Source: Snowella sp. (lineage in GTDB: Bacteria; Cyanobacteriota; Cyanobacteriia; Cyanobacteriales; Microcystaceae). From it: a stretch of 36,406 nt of DNA. Below, piece after piece: positions 28,530-36,406 of the stretch. The DNA lies in contig JAYKGY010000006.1 of assembly GCA_035285545.1 (NCBI GenBank), forward strand, positions 1-36,406. Direction: 5' to 3'. Every line of letters begins with the position of its first letter. Positions within the stretch are counted from its first letter, which is position 1. Both the position numbers and the translations under genes were made by a program. The notes beneath the pieces are model-generated. The model had not been told where the DNA came from. It did not search any database and saw only the letters and a list, made by a program, of their open reading frames with translations.

Positions 28530-30371
28530 GTGAGCTATATTTTGGGAATTTCTGCGTATTACCACGACAGTGCGGCAGCCCTTATCTGTGATGGTCAAAT
28601 CGTGGCAGCAGCCCAAGAGGAACGCTTCACTCGTAAAAAGCACGATGCCCGTTTCCCGAAAAATGCCATTCTCTACACGCTAAAAGAAGCCGGTATTTCT
28701 CTGAGAAAGCTAGACTACATCGTTTTCTATGAAAAACCCCTATTAACCTTTGATCGCCTACTCGAAACCTATTTAGCCTACGCCCCTAGAGGTTTACAGT
28801 CTTTTATTTCTGCCATGTCTGTCTGGTTACAGGAAAAACTGTATCTCAAAACGGTGATTAAAAAAGCCTTAGCGGATCTGGGCAAATGTCGCCCTAAAAA
28901 CCTTCCCCCCTTACTGTTTGGAGAACACCACCAATCCCACGCGGCCTCTGCTTTTTTCCCTAGTCCGTTTGAGCGTTCAGCCGTCTTGTGCATGGATGGA
29001 GTGGGAGAGTGGGCGACTACTTCGCTTTGGTTCGGTGAAGGAAATCAGTTAACGCCTCAATGGGAAATCGACTTTCCCCATTCGTTGGGACTGCTCTATT
29101 CGGCTTTTACCTATTACACAGGCTTTAAGGTCAATTCGGGCGAATACAAGCTCATGGGCTTGGCTCCCTACGGTGAACCGAAATATGTCGATGTCATTCT
29201 CAATAATTTGTTGGATCTCAAGGATGACGGTACGTTTCGCCTCAATATGAAATATTTTAACTACACAACGGGGTTAACTATGACCAATGGGGCTTTTGAT
29301 CGCCTGTTTGGTGCGCCTCCCCGTAAACCTGAAGGTGAACTAACCCAACGGGAAATGGATATTGCGGCTTCGATTCAGCAAGTTACCGAAGAGATTGTTT
29401 TACGTTTGGCGAATACGGCTCACCGAGAATTAGGCGTTGATAATCTTTGTTTAGCGGGTGGGGTTGCCCTCAATTGTGTCGCTAATGGTCGCTTATTGCG
29501 GGAAGGCAAGTTTAAGGATATTTGGATTCAACCCGCCGCAGGGGATGCAGGGGGCGCGATTGGAGCAGCTTTATCGGCTTGGTATCAGCATTTAGGGAAT
29601 CCTCGTTACATCAATGACAAGGATGGGATGCGGGGATCGTATTTGGGCCCACAATTTAGCCCAGCAGCAATTCAGCAATATTTGGATGATGTGCGGGCGG
29701 TTTATCATCGTTTTGATGAATCTAATTTATTTAGCGAAGTAGCGAAAATTTTAGCCCAAGGCAATGTGGTGGGTTGGTTTCAGGGTCGCATGGAGTTTGG
29801 CCCCCGTGCGTTAGGCGATCGCTCAATTATCGGTGATCCCCGCAATGAAAAAATGCAATCGGTGATGAATTTAAAAATCAAATATCGAGAATCTTTTCGG
29901 CCTTTTGCCCCTTCGGTTTTAGCAGAACGGGTTGCCGATTATTTTGAATTAGCCCACGAAAGCCCCTATATGTTATTAGTTGCCGATGTCAAAAAAGATT
30001 TAAGAATTGAAATGACGGAAGAACAGCAGCAGTTATTTGGCATTGAAAAATTGAATGTACCGCGATCGCAGTTACCTGCCATTACCCATGTGGATTATTC
30101 CGCTCGTGTGCAAACCGTTCACCCTGAAACCAATCCTCGTTATTATCAGTTAATCAAAGAATTTGAATCTTTAACAGGTTGTGGGGTGTTGGTGAATACG
30201 TCTTTTAATGTGCGGGGAGAACCGATTGTATGTACGCCTGAAGATGCCTATCGCTGTTTTATGCGGACAGAAATGGATTATTTAGTGTTAGAAAATTATG
30301 TTTTAGCAAAAACCGATCAACCCCAATGGCAAAAAGATGAGAGTTGGAAACAGGAATTTGAATTAGACTAA
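28530..30371 (+). CDS. NodU/CmcH-family O-carbamoyltransferase (SxtI-like)
   Basis: ILGISAYYHDSAAA, EERF.R.KHD, HHQSHAASAF, DGVGE, EYKLMGLAPYG, AGGVALNC, EFGPRALG.RS, FRPFAP, NTSFNVRGEPIV. GTG at 28530 fits the GGGGAGG RBS. Confidence 0.95.
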   Translation: MSYILGISAYYHDSAAALICDGQIVAAAQEERFTRKKHDARFPKNAILYTLKEAGISLRKLDYIVFYEKPLLTFDRLLETYLAYAPRGLQSFISAMSVWLQEKLYLKTVIKKALADLGKCRPKNLPPLLFGEHHQSHAASAFFPSPFERSAVLCMDGVGEWATTSLWFGEGNQLTPQWEIDFPHSLGLLYSAFTYYTGFKVNSGEYKLMGLAPYGEPKYVDVILNNLLDLKDDGTFRLNMKYFNYTTGLTMTNGAFDRLFGAPPRKPEGELTQREMDIAASIQQVTEEIVLRLANTAHRELGVDNLCLAGGVALNCVANGRLLREGKFKDIWIQPAAGDAGGAIGAALSAWYQHLGNPRYINDKDGMRGSYLGPQFSPAAIQQYLDDVRAVYHRFDESNLFSEVAKILAQGNVVGWFQGRMEFGPRALGDRSIIGDPRNEKMQSVMNLKIKYRESFRPFAPSVLAERVADYFELAHESPYMLLVADVKKDLRIEMTEEQQQLFGIEKLNVPRSQLPAITHVDYSARVQTVHPETNPRYYQLIKEFESLTGCGVLVNTSFNVRGEPIVCTPEDAYRCFMRTEMDYLVLENYVLAKTDQPQWQKDESWKQEFELD

Positions 30372-30378
30372 ACATAAT

Positions 30379-30420
30379 TAAATAATTAATAGTTAATAGT
30401 TAATAGTTAATAGTTAATAA
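30379..30420. repeat. Heptamer tandem repeat (TTAATAG)x4 with degenerate flanks
   Basis: taaataa ttaatag x4 ttaataa, between the carbamoyltransferase and the sxtJ-like gene. Confidence 0.85.
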
Positions 30421-30431
30421 TGGTATAGATA

Positions 30432-30836
30432 ATGAGTGAACAGAAAAAATTAACCACAAAAGAATTACGGGAATTTGGGTTATTAATGGCGGGGTTTATT
30501 GCCGTTCTTTTTGGGGTGATTATTCCCCTATTGAGGGCGCATTCTTTACCTGCTTTACCTTGGATTATTGCGGGTATTTTTATCATTCTTGCCTTCTTAT
30601 TACCGAAATCCTTGGAGCCTATTTATCAAATTTGGATGAAAATTGGCTTTGTTTTAGGTTGGTTAAATAATCGTATTATTTTATCATTTGTTTTTTTTGT
30701 TATTTTAACGCCAATGGCATTGATGATGAAGGTGATTAAACGCGATACGATGGCTAGGGGGTTTGATTTACAAGCAGAAACCTATCGAGTTCCTAGCAAT
30801 TTGCATCCTCGATCAACGATGGAAAAACCGTATTAA
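30432..30836 (+). CDS. SxtJ-family membrane protein
   Basis: 'LREFGL', hydrophobic helices, 'P..L.P.Y..WMK.G..LGW.N.RIIL..VFF...TP'; sits between the carbamoyltransferase and SxtK-like genes. Confidence 0.88.
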   Translation: MSEQKKLTTKELREFGLLMAGFIAVLFGVIIPLLRAHSLPALPWIIAGIFIILAFLLPKSLEPIYQIWMKIGFVLGWLNNRIILSFVFFVILTPMALMMKVIKRDTMARGFDLQAETYRVPSNLHPRSTMEKPY

Positions 30837-30879
30837 AAGCCCTTCAAATCTACAAAATAATTATCAGGAAAAGACTGAA

Positions 30880-31041
30880 ATGGACGGATTTATTGATTTA
30901 ATCAAAGATGTCTGGGGTTTTTTGAAAGCGCGACAAAAATTTTGGTTATTACCTCTCATTATTACTTTGGTATTACTCGGAGCTTTAATTGTCTTTACCC
31001 AAGGTTCCGCGATCGCGCCCTTTATTTATACGCTATTTTAA
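30880..31041 (+). CDS. SxtK / DUF5989-family microprotein (53 aa)
   Basis: MDGFIDLIKDVWGFLKARQKFWLLPLIITLVLLGALIVFTQGSAIAPFIYTLF; ATG at 30880 with AGGA RBS. Confidence 0.9.
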   Translation: MDGFIDLIKDVWGFLKARQKFWLLPLIITLVLLGALIVFTQGSAIAPFIYTLF

Positions 31042-31566
31042 GTTCACAGGTTCTTGACTATTGGGGGTTGGTAACACGTAAATTAGTCCTGAAATCAGGG
31101 TTAACGCCACCGAAATCCAAAAAACAGTTAAAGCGGGGATCTGCCAATCTGTTGATAGAGGAGCTAAAAGTAACGCGATCGCTACAATTTGGGAAACGGT
31201 TTTCAACTTGCCCCAGAGGTTTGCGCCTGAAATGGGTTTACTGCCACTGACCCGCCAACCCGCGATCGCCAATTCTCTGGCTAAAATCAAAAAAACAGCC
31301 CAGGCAGGAATCGCTTGCCATTGAATTAAAATCAATAAAGGCCCTAATACCAATAATTTATCTACCAAGGGATCTAAAAATTTGCCCAGATCGGTGATTT
31401 GGTTTAACTTCCGCGCTAAATAACCATCTAGCCAATCCGTTGCCGCCGCGATCGCGAAAATGCCCATAGCCCACCATCGATGGGAAACAGTCGGATCAAT
31501 GAGTAACCCAAAAATAAGCGGTAAACCCAACAAACGAGAAAAAGTAATGGTATTGGGTAAATTCAT
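31033..31566 (-). CDS. pgsA: CDP-diacylglycerol--glycerol-3-phosphate 3-phosphatidyltransferase
   Basis: MNLPN.IT..R, TDWLDGYLARK.NQITDLGKFLDPLVDK, RE, GKLKT..Q. Confidence 0.95.
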   Translation of the reverse strand: MNLPNTITFSRLLGLPLIFGLLIDPTVSHRWWAMGIFAIAAATDWLDGYLARKLNQITDLGKFLDPLVDKLLVLGPLLILIQWQAIPAWAVFLILARELAIAGWRVSGSKPISGANLWGKLKTVSQIVAIALLLAPLSTDWQIPALTVFWISVALTLISGLIYVLPTPNSQEPVNLK

Positions 31567-31746
31567 GAAAAATCAACCAAAAAACGTGATTCGCTAAAGA
31601 TTAACAAACATAATTCTGGCAAGATCGTAACCAAAATTAACTCAGCTTTATAACATAAAAGACAATACTGAAAAATGAATTCAAATTCTTCAATAAAAAT
31701 CCTTGATTAGTATAATTCAAAAACCACAATTTTAGGAGTAAAAATT

Positions 31747-32820
31747 ATGAAAAAAAGTCAATTATTACAACAAATTCGACTCCAATTTCAGGGCGATACC
31801 CCACAACTGAGAGAGGATCTATCAGCCGCTCACCTATCCGATGCTGGGTATCTGTGGTTAGGTTGTGATGAGGGAGCAAATTTAGAACGCCTAAACCTAC
31901 TCAATTCAGAAACAAAAGATCTCTTTGGTAATCACAAACGGTTTTTGGTACAGAATTATGTGGATTTACCCGCTAACGATGAAACTGAAATTGATATTGA
32001 AGGATTAGCAGAATCTGATGATTACTTATGGTTAGTCGGCTCTCACAGTTGGAAACGAAAAGCCCCTAAATCTGATAAATCGACAGCAAAAAATATTGAA
32101 CGTTTAGCAACCATTGAAGCTGAAGCCAATCGTTATTTACTTGCTCGAATTCCGATGATTAACGGTGAACTGTATCAATCCCATCCCGACCCAAAAAATC
32201 CAGAGAAAATTTTAACGGCTGCTAGGCTCGAAGCGACTTGTGATGGCAATTTGTTAACTCAAGCCTTAGAGAATGATCCCCACTTAGGGGCCTTTGTCCG
32301 GTCTCAACTTCCTTCTAAAGATAATGGTTTTGATATTGAAGGATTGGCCGTTCTCCATGATCGTATCTTTTTAGGCTTACGCGGCCCAGTATTGCGGGGT
32401 TGGGCGATTATTTTAGAAGTTCAAGTGGAAGATAGCGGTGATGGTCTTTTAAAACTCAAGAAAATTGGCGATGACGGACGACGTTATAAAAAGTTATTTG
32501 TCAATCTTCAAGGCTTAGGGATTCGAGAATTATCCATTGAAGGAGATGATTTAATCATTCTGGCTGGCCCTACCATGTCCCTCGATGGCCCCGTCAAACT
32601 GTTTCGTTTAGAAAATGGTATCCATATCGGTGACAATACCCTTTCCAAACCGAAAGTAATGATGGATCTTCCCTACGGGGATGGGGTCGATCACGCGGAG
32701 GGTATTACTCAATTTACGGCGATGTCTGGAAAGCCTTCGTTATTAGTGGTTTATGATTCGCCCGATCCCAAACGTTTGATCGGAACCCATGAAATTTTAG
32801 CGGATATTTTTGAGCTTTAA
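31747..32820 (+). CDS. DUF3616 domain protein
   Basis: EIDIEGL, LWLVGSHS.KRK, PSKDNGFDIEGLA, GLRGPVLRGWA, GLGIREL, LAGPTM.LDG, DHAEG, VVYDSP; AGGAG RBS. Confidence 0.85.
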   Translation: MKKSQLLQQIRLQFQGDTPQLREDLSAAHLSDAGYLWLGCDEGANLERLNLLNSETKDLFGNHKRFLVQNYVDLPANDETEIDIEGLAESDDYLWLVGSHSWKRKAPKSDKSTAKNIERLATIEAEANRYLLARIPMINGELYQSHPDPKNPEKILTAARLEATCDGNLLTQALENDPHLGAFVRSQLPSKDNGFDIEGLAVLHDRIFLGLRGPVLRGWAIILEVQVEDSGDGLLKLKKIGDDGRRYKKLFVNLQGLGIRELSIEGDDLIILAGPTMSLDGPVKLFRLENGIHIGDNTLSKPKVMMDLPYGDGVDHAEGITQFTAMSGKPSLLVVYDSPDPKRLIGTHEILADIFEL

Positions 32821-32917
32821 GCAATAAAGTAAAGACTCAAGTTACTGGATGTAAAGTTTCTAATCTAGCTTAATTTGATTAAGACTTATAATTTTTTCTG
32901 CTTTTTATTTGAATTAA

Positions 32918-33331
32918 TTATTTAAAAAAAATAATTAAAAATCCCTCTTGACTAAAATGTTTATCATTGGTTAAGACTTCAGAAATATTAAGCTTTTTCA
33001 TCACAACCATTGAAATACAATCAGTTAAGCTATATCCTTTATCAGGGCGTTTTTTATAAAGTTCCATACCTGCTTGTCGTAGTTCTTGATTATAAGAAAT
33101 GAGTTGAATACTGGGATCATCAAGAATATTTTGATAAAGTTCTATAACCTTGCGGCGCATGATGTCGCCCTGTTTGGAGAAATGGGCAAAAATTTCATCA
33201 ATGATACCGTCTGTAATTACGAGGGATTGATCAGGGTTAGATTGGCTCCATTCGATTACTCTAGAATGCCAAGTATCTTTAGGGTTTAGCAAGGCGATCC
33301 AGTAAAAGGTATCAGCAAAAATTATTCTCAT
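32918..33331 (-). CDS. PIN-domain (VapC) toxin
   Basis: IFADTFYWIALLNPKD.WH, YSLTDCIS, LTND.HF; acidic active-site residues present. Confidence 0.9.
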   Translation of the reverse strand: MRIIFADTFYWIALLNPKDTWHSRVIEWSQSNPDQSLVITDGIIDEIFAHFSKQGDIMRRKVIELYQNILDDPSIQLISYNQELRQAGMELYKKRPDKGYSLTDCISMVVMKKLNISEVLTNDKHFSQEGFLIIFFK

Positions 33332-33570
33332 TCTTCGCGTTTTGGTGTGCCGTAAATATAATGGTCGTGTTGTTCGGCTCCATCGGTGGGGAGTTGATCA
33401 ATTATTTCTGGTGGAACATCGGCCATAATTTCTTGAGCAATCTGCCAGATTGGTTTACGCGTTTCTGGATAGTTTGCTGATCGTGTTGATAATAAAAAAT
33501 TAAGAACTTCTTCTAGCAAAGGCTCTGGGCATTTTTCAATTTCTTTTAGTAATCGTTCTTTGGCAGTCAT
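33328..33570 (-). CDS. Cognate antitoxin (DUF2281-like N-terminus)
   Basis: 'ERLLKEIEKCPEPLLEEVLNFL' and 'LPTDGAEQHDHYIYG'; 4-bp ATGA overlap with the PIN gene. Confidence 0.82.
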   Translation of the reverse strand: MTAKERLLKEIEKCPEPLLEEVLNFLLSTRSANYPETRKPIWQIAQEIMADVPPEIIDQLPTDGAEQHDHYIYGTPKREE

Positions 33571-33588
33571 AATGTTAATTAAGTGATT

Positions 33589-36249
33589 TTATTTAGTGTG
33601 GTTTAAGTTGAGTTGATCCCTTTTTTCTTGGGCAAATTTTCGTAGTTGTTCATCAGTATCATTAAGGGCAACCTGATTTAAAATTTCTAGGGTTTTAGGA
33701 TTGTTGCCAAAATTTTCAAGCAGACATTCTACGGCAATTTTACGAGGGTTTCTTAGATAATTACTTTCGCGTTTAAAAAAATCATTTAAAGCTCGATCAC
33801 ACAAAAATTCTAATAATTGAGAATCTTCTTTAAATCCTTCAGTAATTAGTTTTATTGCCTTAGATCTAATATAGTGATTTTTATCTTGTAAAGCAAGATT
33901 ACGAAGAAAGTCTAAAACAGTTAGCTCGTCTTTCCATCCTTTTGCAATTGCTTCCATTGCGGCTCCCCTAACATATCTATCTTTGTCCTTTTCAGCGATA
34001 TTTTTGAGTAAAGATAGTATATTTGTTTTTTTGGGCAATTCTTTAGCTATTACTTCAACTGCGATACGTCGAACAAATTCATGTTCATCCTGTAGAGCAG
34101 CGCGACTAATCAAGGTTAGAATATTAGGCACATTTTTCCATCCTCTAGCGAGCATTTTTATCGCAGTTTGTCGAATAAAACCTTTTTCATTACTTAATAC
34201 AAGATCTTCTAGCCAAGGAAGAGTATCAGGATCATTTTTCCAGCCTTGTGCAACCGCTTTGACAGCTAACTCTGGTACATACAAAGATGAATTAAGTTCT
34301 AGACAATTTTTAAACCAAAGTAATATTTCAGATCGATCCTGACCAATGATCGCAATCAAAGAACAAAGAATATTTACAGTTTCGTAGTTTAACTGAGGAG
34401 GAGACTTTTGTTTAACTTCATATTTTAAAATTTTCAGTAAGTTATCAGTTTTGGAAATAATAGCATTTCTGTTTCTTATTTCTATTAAGCAGTTAGCTGC
34501 CAAAATAAGATTATTTAATCCTTCTTTTTTTAAACGATAAGACTGATCTAAAAATTGACTTTTATCATTTTTTTGTTCTAAAAGAAAATCGATAATTTCC
34601 GCCACAAATTTTGGCTCAATCATCCCACAAATCAATCGCAAAACCTCATGCCAACTTTCATCCTGCCAATGCTTGCCAAAAGCGTCATTAATTAATTCAT
34701 CAATTGTTAATTCTTGGGTTTCTTTAAACCGCCAAACAAATTCCCAAGCACAGAAATACTCTAAAAATGTCCGATGCACAAAGCCATAGGAATCTGCCCC
34801 TAAATAACACAAAATAAAATTCCGAGTCCGTAACTGATTAATCAATAACCGTGCTACCGTTCTCGCCTGATCAATTTCCATCGTTTTCAGATGATCAGTC
34901 AGAATATTTTCTAAATCCTTTGCACTAATGACATTACCTGCTAACCCCTTCTCACTCGACTGCATAAAATAGGCAACTTTGCGTAACATTGCCTGCTTAT
35001 CTCGATAATCAATGGTTTTTGGATCAAGCCGCGCATCTTCAATTAACGCCCGTTCCACATCCCACTGATGCAACAACACCCGCGAAGCCTGGTTATAAAG
35101 TTCTGGTCTATCCCTTGGCAACTCCTGATTACGGTTCAAAATCGCCATCATCGTCAATAACAACGGATTCCCCGCCAACTCTCGAATAGACTTAGAATCC
35201 TGAATTGCCTTAATTAACCGTTCCTTTTTCCGTAACTTATCCGCCTCATCCTTAAACGTGAGATTATGCCAACGCTCAATAAAATCTTCAATTTGCTCAA
35301 TCTCCAAATCCTGTAACATAAAATGCCGAAAACCCGCATTTCGTAATCGTTCCCCTTTGTATCCCAACCAACGAGACGTTGTAATAATTTGCACTTGGGG
35401 GTAATCATTACTAAAACGGTGAATATCCGTTACCACTTCATCGCGTAAATTAGGATCAAAAATTTCATCAATGCCATCAAACAAAGCAATAACTGAACCC
35501 GACTTTAATTTTTCATGGAGTTGCTGCTGATTCAAACGACACGTTACATTTCCCCCATGAATAAACGACAATAAATCCTGACATTTTTTCTCCTGTTTAT
35601 CCCGTCCATAAAGTCGCAATTCAATTAATAAAGGAAGTGGATATAAGGATAATTCTCTAATCGGTCGTTGTGCCCAAGTTAAGGCTAAATATTGCAATAA
35701 GCTTGATTTTCCAGAACCTGGATCACCCAAAATTACTGTATGTTGAATCGGACTTTTTGACGGTTCAGCCGTTGGATTACCAATAATTTCCCAAATTAAT
35801 CGACTTTGCTGATTAATATAACGCTGACGTTGCTGCTCTAACTCCTCTTCCAAGAGAATTTCAACATCTTCTCCCGCTTCCTGTAACCGTTTAATATGCT
35901 CCTTGGGGAGTTCATAAACTTGGGGTAAAAACTCTTGACATTCTCGTACATTTTGCGGCACAAAAATTTTCCATAACTTCCACTCATTGTAATAAACCCC
36001 AGTTGTATTTAACGACTCTAAGCGTAAATTTCCGTAAGTTTCCCGTATTCCTTCTGCATATTTTCCCAAATTATAATCAGGTGCAATTCCTGCTAAATTT
36101 TTAACATCTTCTGCAATTGCATCTTGAATTTGTGCAGCAAAAATTGGGCGTAATTTATCCGAATCTTGAATAATAGCTTTAACCTTTTTAAGATACCGTT
36201 TAGCAACCCGTTCCCAACTGAAATCATCAGGTAAATAAGGTAAATCCAA
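33589..36249 (-). CDS. NACHT-domain NTPase with C-terminal HEAT repeats; probably 5'-truncated
   Basis: Walker A GDPGSGKS, Walker B ALFDGIDE, ITTSR, GNPLLLTM, FVHRTFLEYFCA; about 36-aa HEAT-like units. The only start is a TTG lacking an RBS, and the frame stays open to a TAG at about 36289-36291. Confidence 0.88.
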   Translation of the reverse strand: MDLPYLPDDFSWERVAKRYLKKVKAIIQDSDKLRPIFAAQIQDAIAEDVKNLAGIAPDYNLGKYAEGIRETYGNLRLESLNTTGVYYNEWKLWKIFVPQNVRECQEFLPQVYELPKEHIKRLQEAGEDVEILLEEELEQQRQRYINQQSRLIWEIIGNPTAEPSKSPIQHTVILGDPGSGKSSLLQYLALTWAQRPIRELSLYPLPLLIELRLYGRDKQEKKCQDLLSFIHGGNVTCRLNQQQLHEKLKSGSVIALFDGIDEIFDPNLRDEVVTDIHRFSNDYPQVQIITTSRWLGYKGERLRNAGFRHFMLQDLEIEQIEDFIERWHNLTFKDEADKLRKKERLIKAIQDSKSIRELAGNPLLLTMMAILNRNQELPRDRPELYNQASRVLLHQWDVERALIEDARLDPKTIDYRDKQAMLRKVAYFMQSSEKGLAGNVISAKDLENILTDHLKTMEIDQARTVARLLINQLRTRNFILCYLGADSYGFVHRTFLEYFCAWEFVWRFKETQELTIDELINDAFGKHWQDESWHEVLRLICGMIEPKFVAEIIDFLLEQKNDKSQFLDQSYRLKKEGLNNLILAANCLIEIRNRNAIISKTDNLLKILKYEVKQKSPPQLNYETVNILCSLIAIIGQDRSEILLWFKNCLELNSSLYVPELAVKAVAQGWKNDPDTLPWLEDLVLSNEKGFIRQTAIKMLARGWKNVPNILTLISRAALQDEHEFVRRIAVEVIAKELPKKTNILSLLKNIAEKDKDRYVRGAAMEAIAKGWKDELTVLDFLRNLALQDKNHYIRSKAIKLITEGFKEDSQLLEFLCDRALNDFFKRESNYLRNPRKIAVECLLENFGNNPKTLEILNQVALNDTDEQLRKFAQEKRDQLNLNHTK

Positions 36250-36284
36250 AGCTAGCCAAGTTTTTCTTAATACTTGAGTATTTA

Positions 36285-36406
36285 GAGCCTATCCGAAAAG
36301 TCAATAGGAACGAAATTGGTACATTTTAGCGAACGCTAACTTCACTAGCTAGGTGGACGGTTATTTCCCTAGCAAATGCTCGGATAACTATCTCTCAAAT
36401 GAGTCC
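36285..36406. mobile_element. Probable end of an IS or MITE inserted in the NACHT gene
   Basis: Coding-like frame ends abruptly at TTA|GAGCCTATCCGAAAAGT, which resembles IS5-family terminal inverted repeats. The sequence beyond is higher in GC and closed in the minus frames. The other end is outside the window. Confidence 0.45.

Larger units (their letters stand above)
43..31456. repeat. HIP1 octamer (GCGATCGC), dispersed
   Basis: Roughly 50 copies by manual count (e.g. 43, 769, 795, 8918, 15181); none seen after about 31456. Confidence 0.9.

Noticed and set aside
17949..30371. Functional link between TsaD and the carbamoyltransferase (related Kae1-like folds)
   Set aside because: About 10 kb apart in unrelated operons; tsaD-psaF is a separate locus, so the proximity is likely coincidental.
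30763..30879. N-terminal 39 aa of the 92-aa ORF 30763-31041
   Set aside because: Overlaps sxtJ; the real microprotein starts at ATG 30880 with its own RBS.
28530..31041. Saxitoxin biosynthesis cluster
   Set aside because: Only sxtI/J/K-like genes are present; there are no core sxtA/B/G/H-type genes, and the flanks are housekeeping.
3728..35408. Short antisense or alternate-frame ORFs in the track (e.g. 3728-3934, 4548-4886, 7431-7706, 14640-14963, 26034-26309, 30942-31250, 33983-34342)
   Set aside because: All overlap well-supported genes and lack family motifs; treated as shadow ORFs.

Overview
This is a 36.4 kb chromosomal window from a unicellular cyanobacterium. PsaF and PsaJ closely resemble the Synechocystis-type proteins, and I count roughly 50 HIP1 (GCGATCGC) sites by hand. 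The core genes are tsaD, psaF-psaJ, a class Ia ribonucleotide reductase (nrdA and nrdB, split by an inserted AT-rich membrane-protein gene, with tandem NrdR boxes upstream), rpaA, moaD, pgsA and a YvcK-family gene. Accessory blocks: (1) a toxin-antitoxin (TA) cluster at the left end, including a probable restriction-modification remnant; (2) a convergent REC-GAF-GGDEF / MASE1 hybrid-kinase pair; (3) a divergent stress cluster (hemerythrin, WGxxGxxG, SRPBCC, Zn-dehydrogenase) whose promoters share an unlabelled motif; (4) a two-partner secretion pair; (5) a stand-alone sxtI/J/K-like carbamoyltransferase operon; (6) a HIP1-free right end with a NACHT-HEAT gene, apparently cut by an insertion, followed by a PIN TA pair. 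The strongest candidate for an undescribed system is block 5. The SxtK-like microprotein has DltX-like architecture, with one transmembrane helix ending in FIYTLF, the FIYxxF acyl-carrier motif of Dlt/Pat systems. This suggests a Tyr-relay pathway that carbamoylates the cell envelope. All family assignments come from motif recognition, not database searches.
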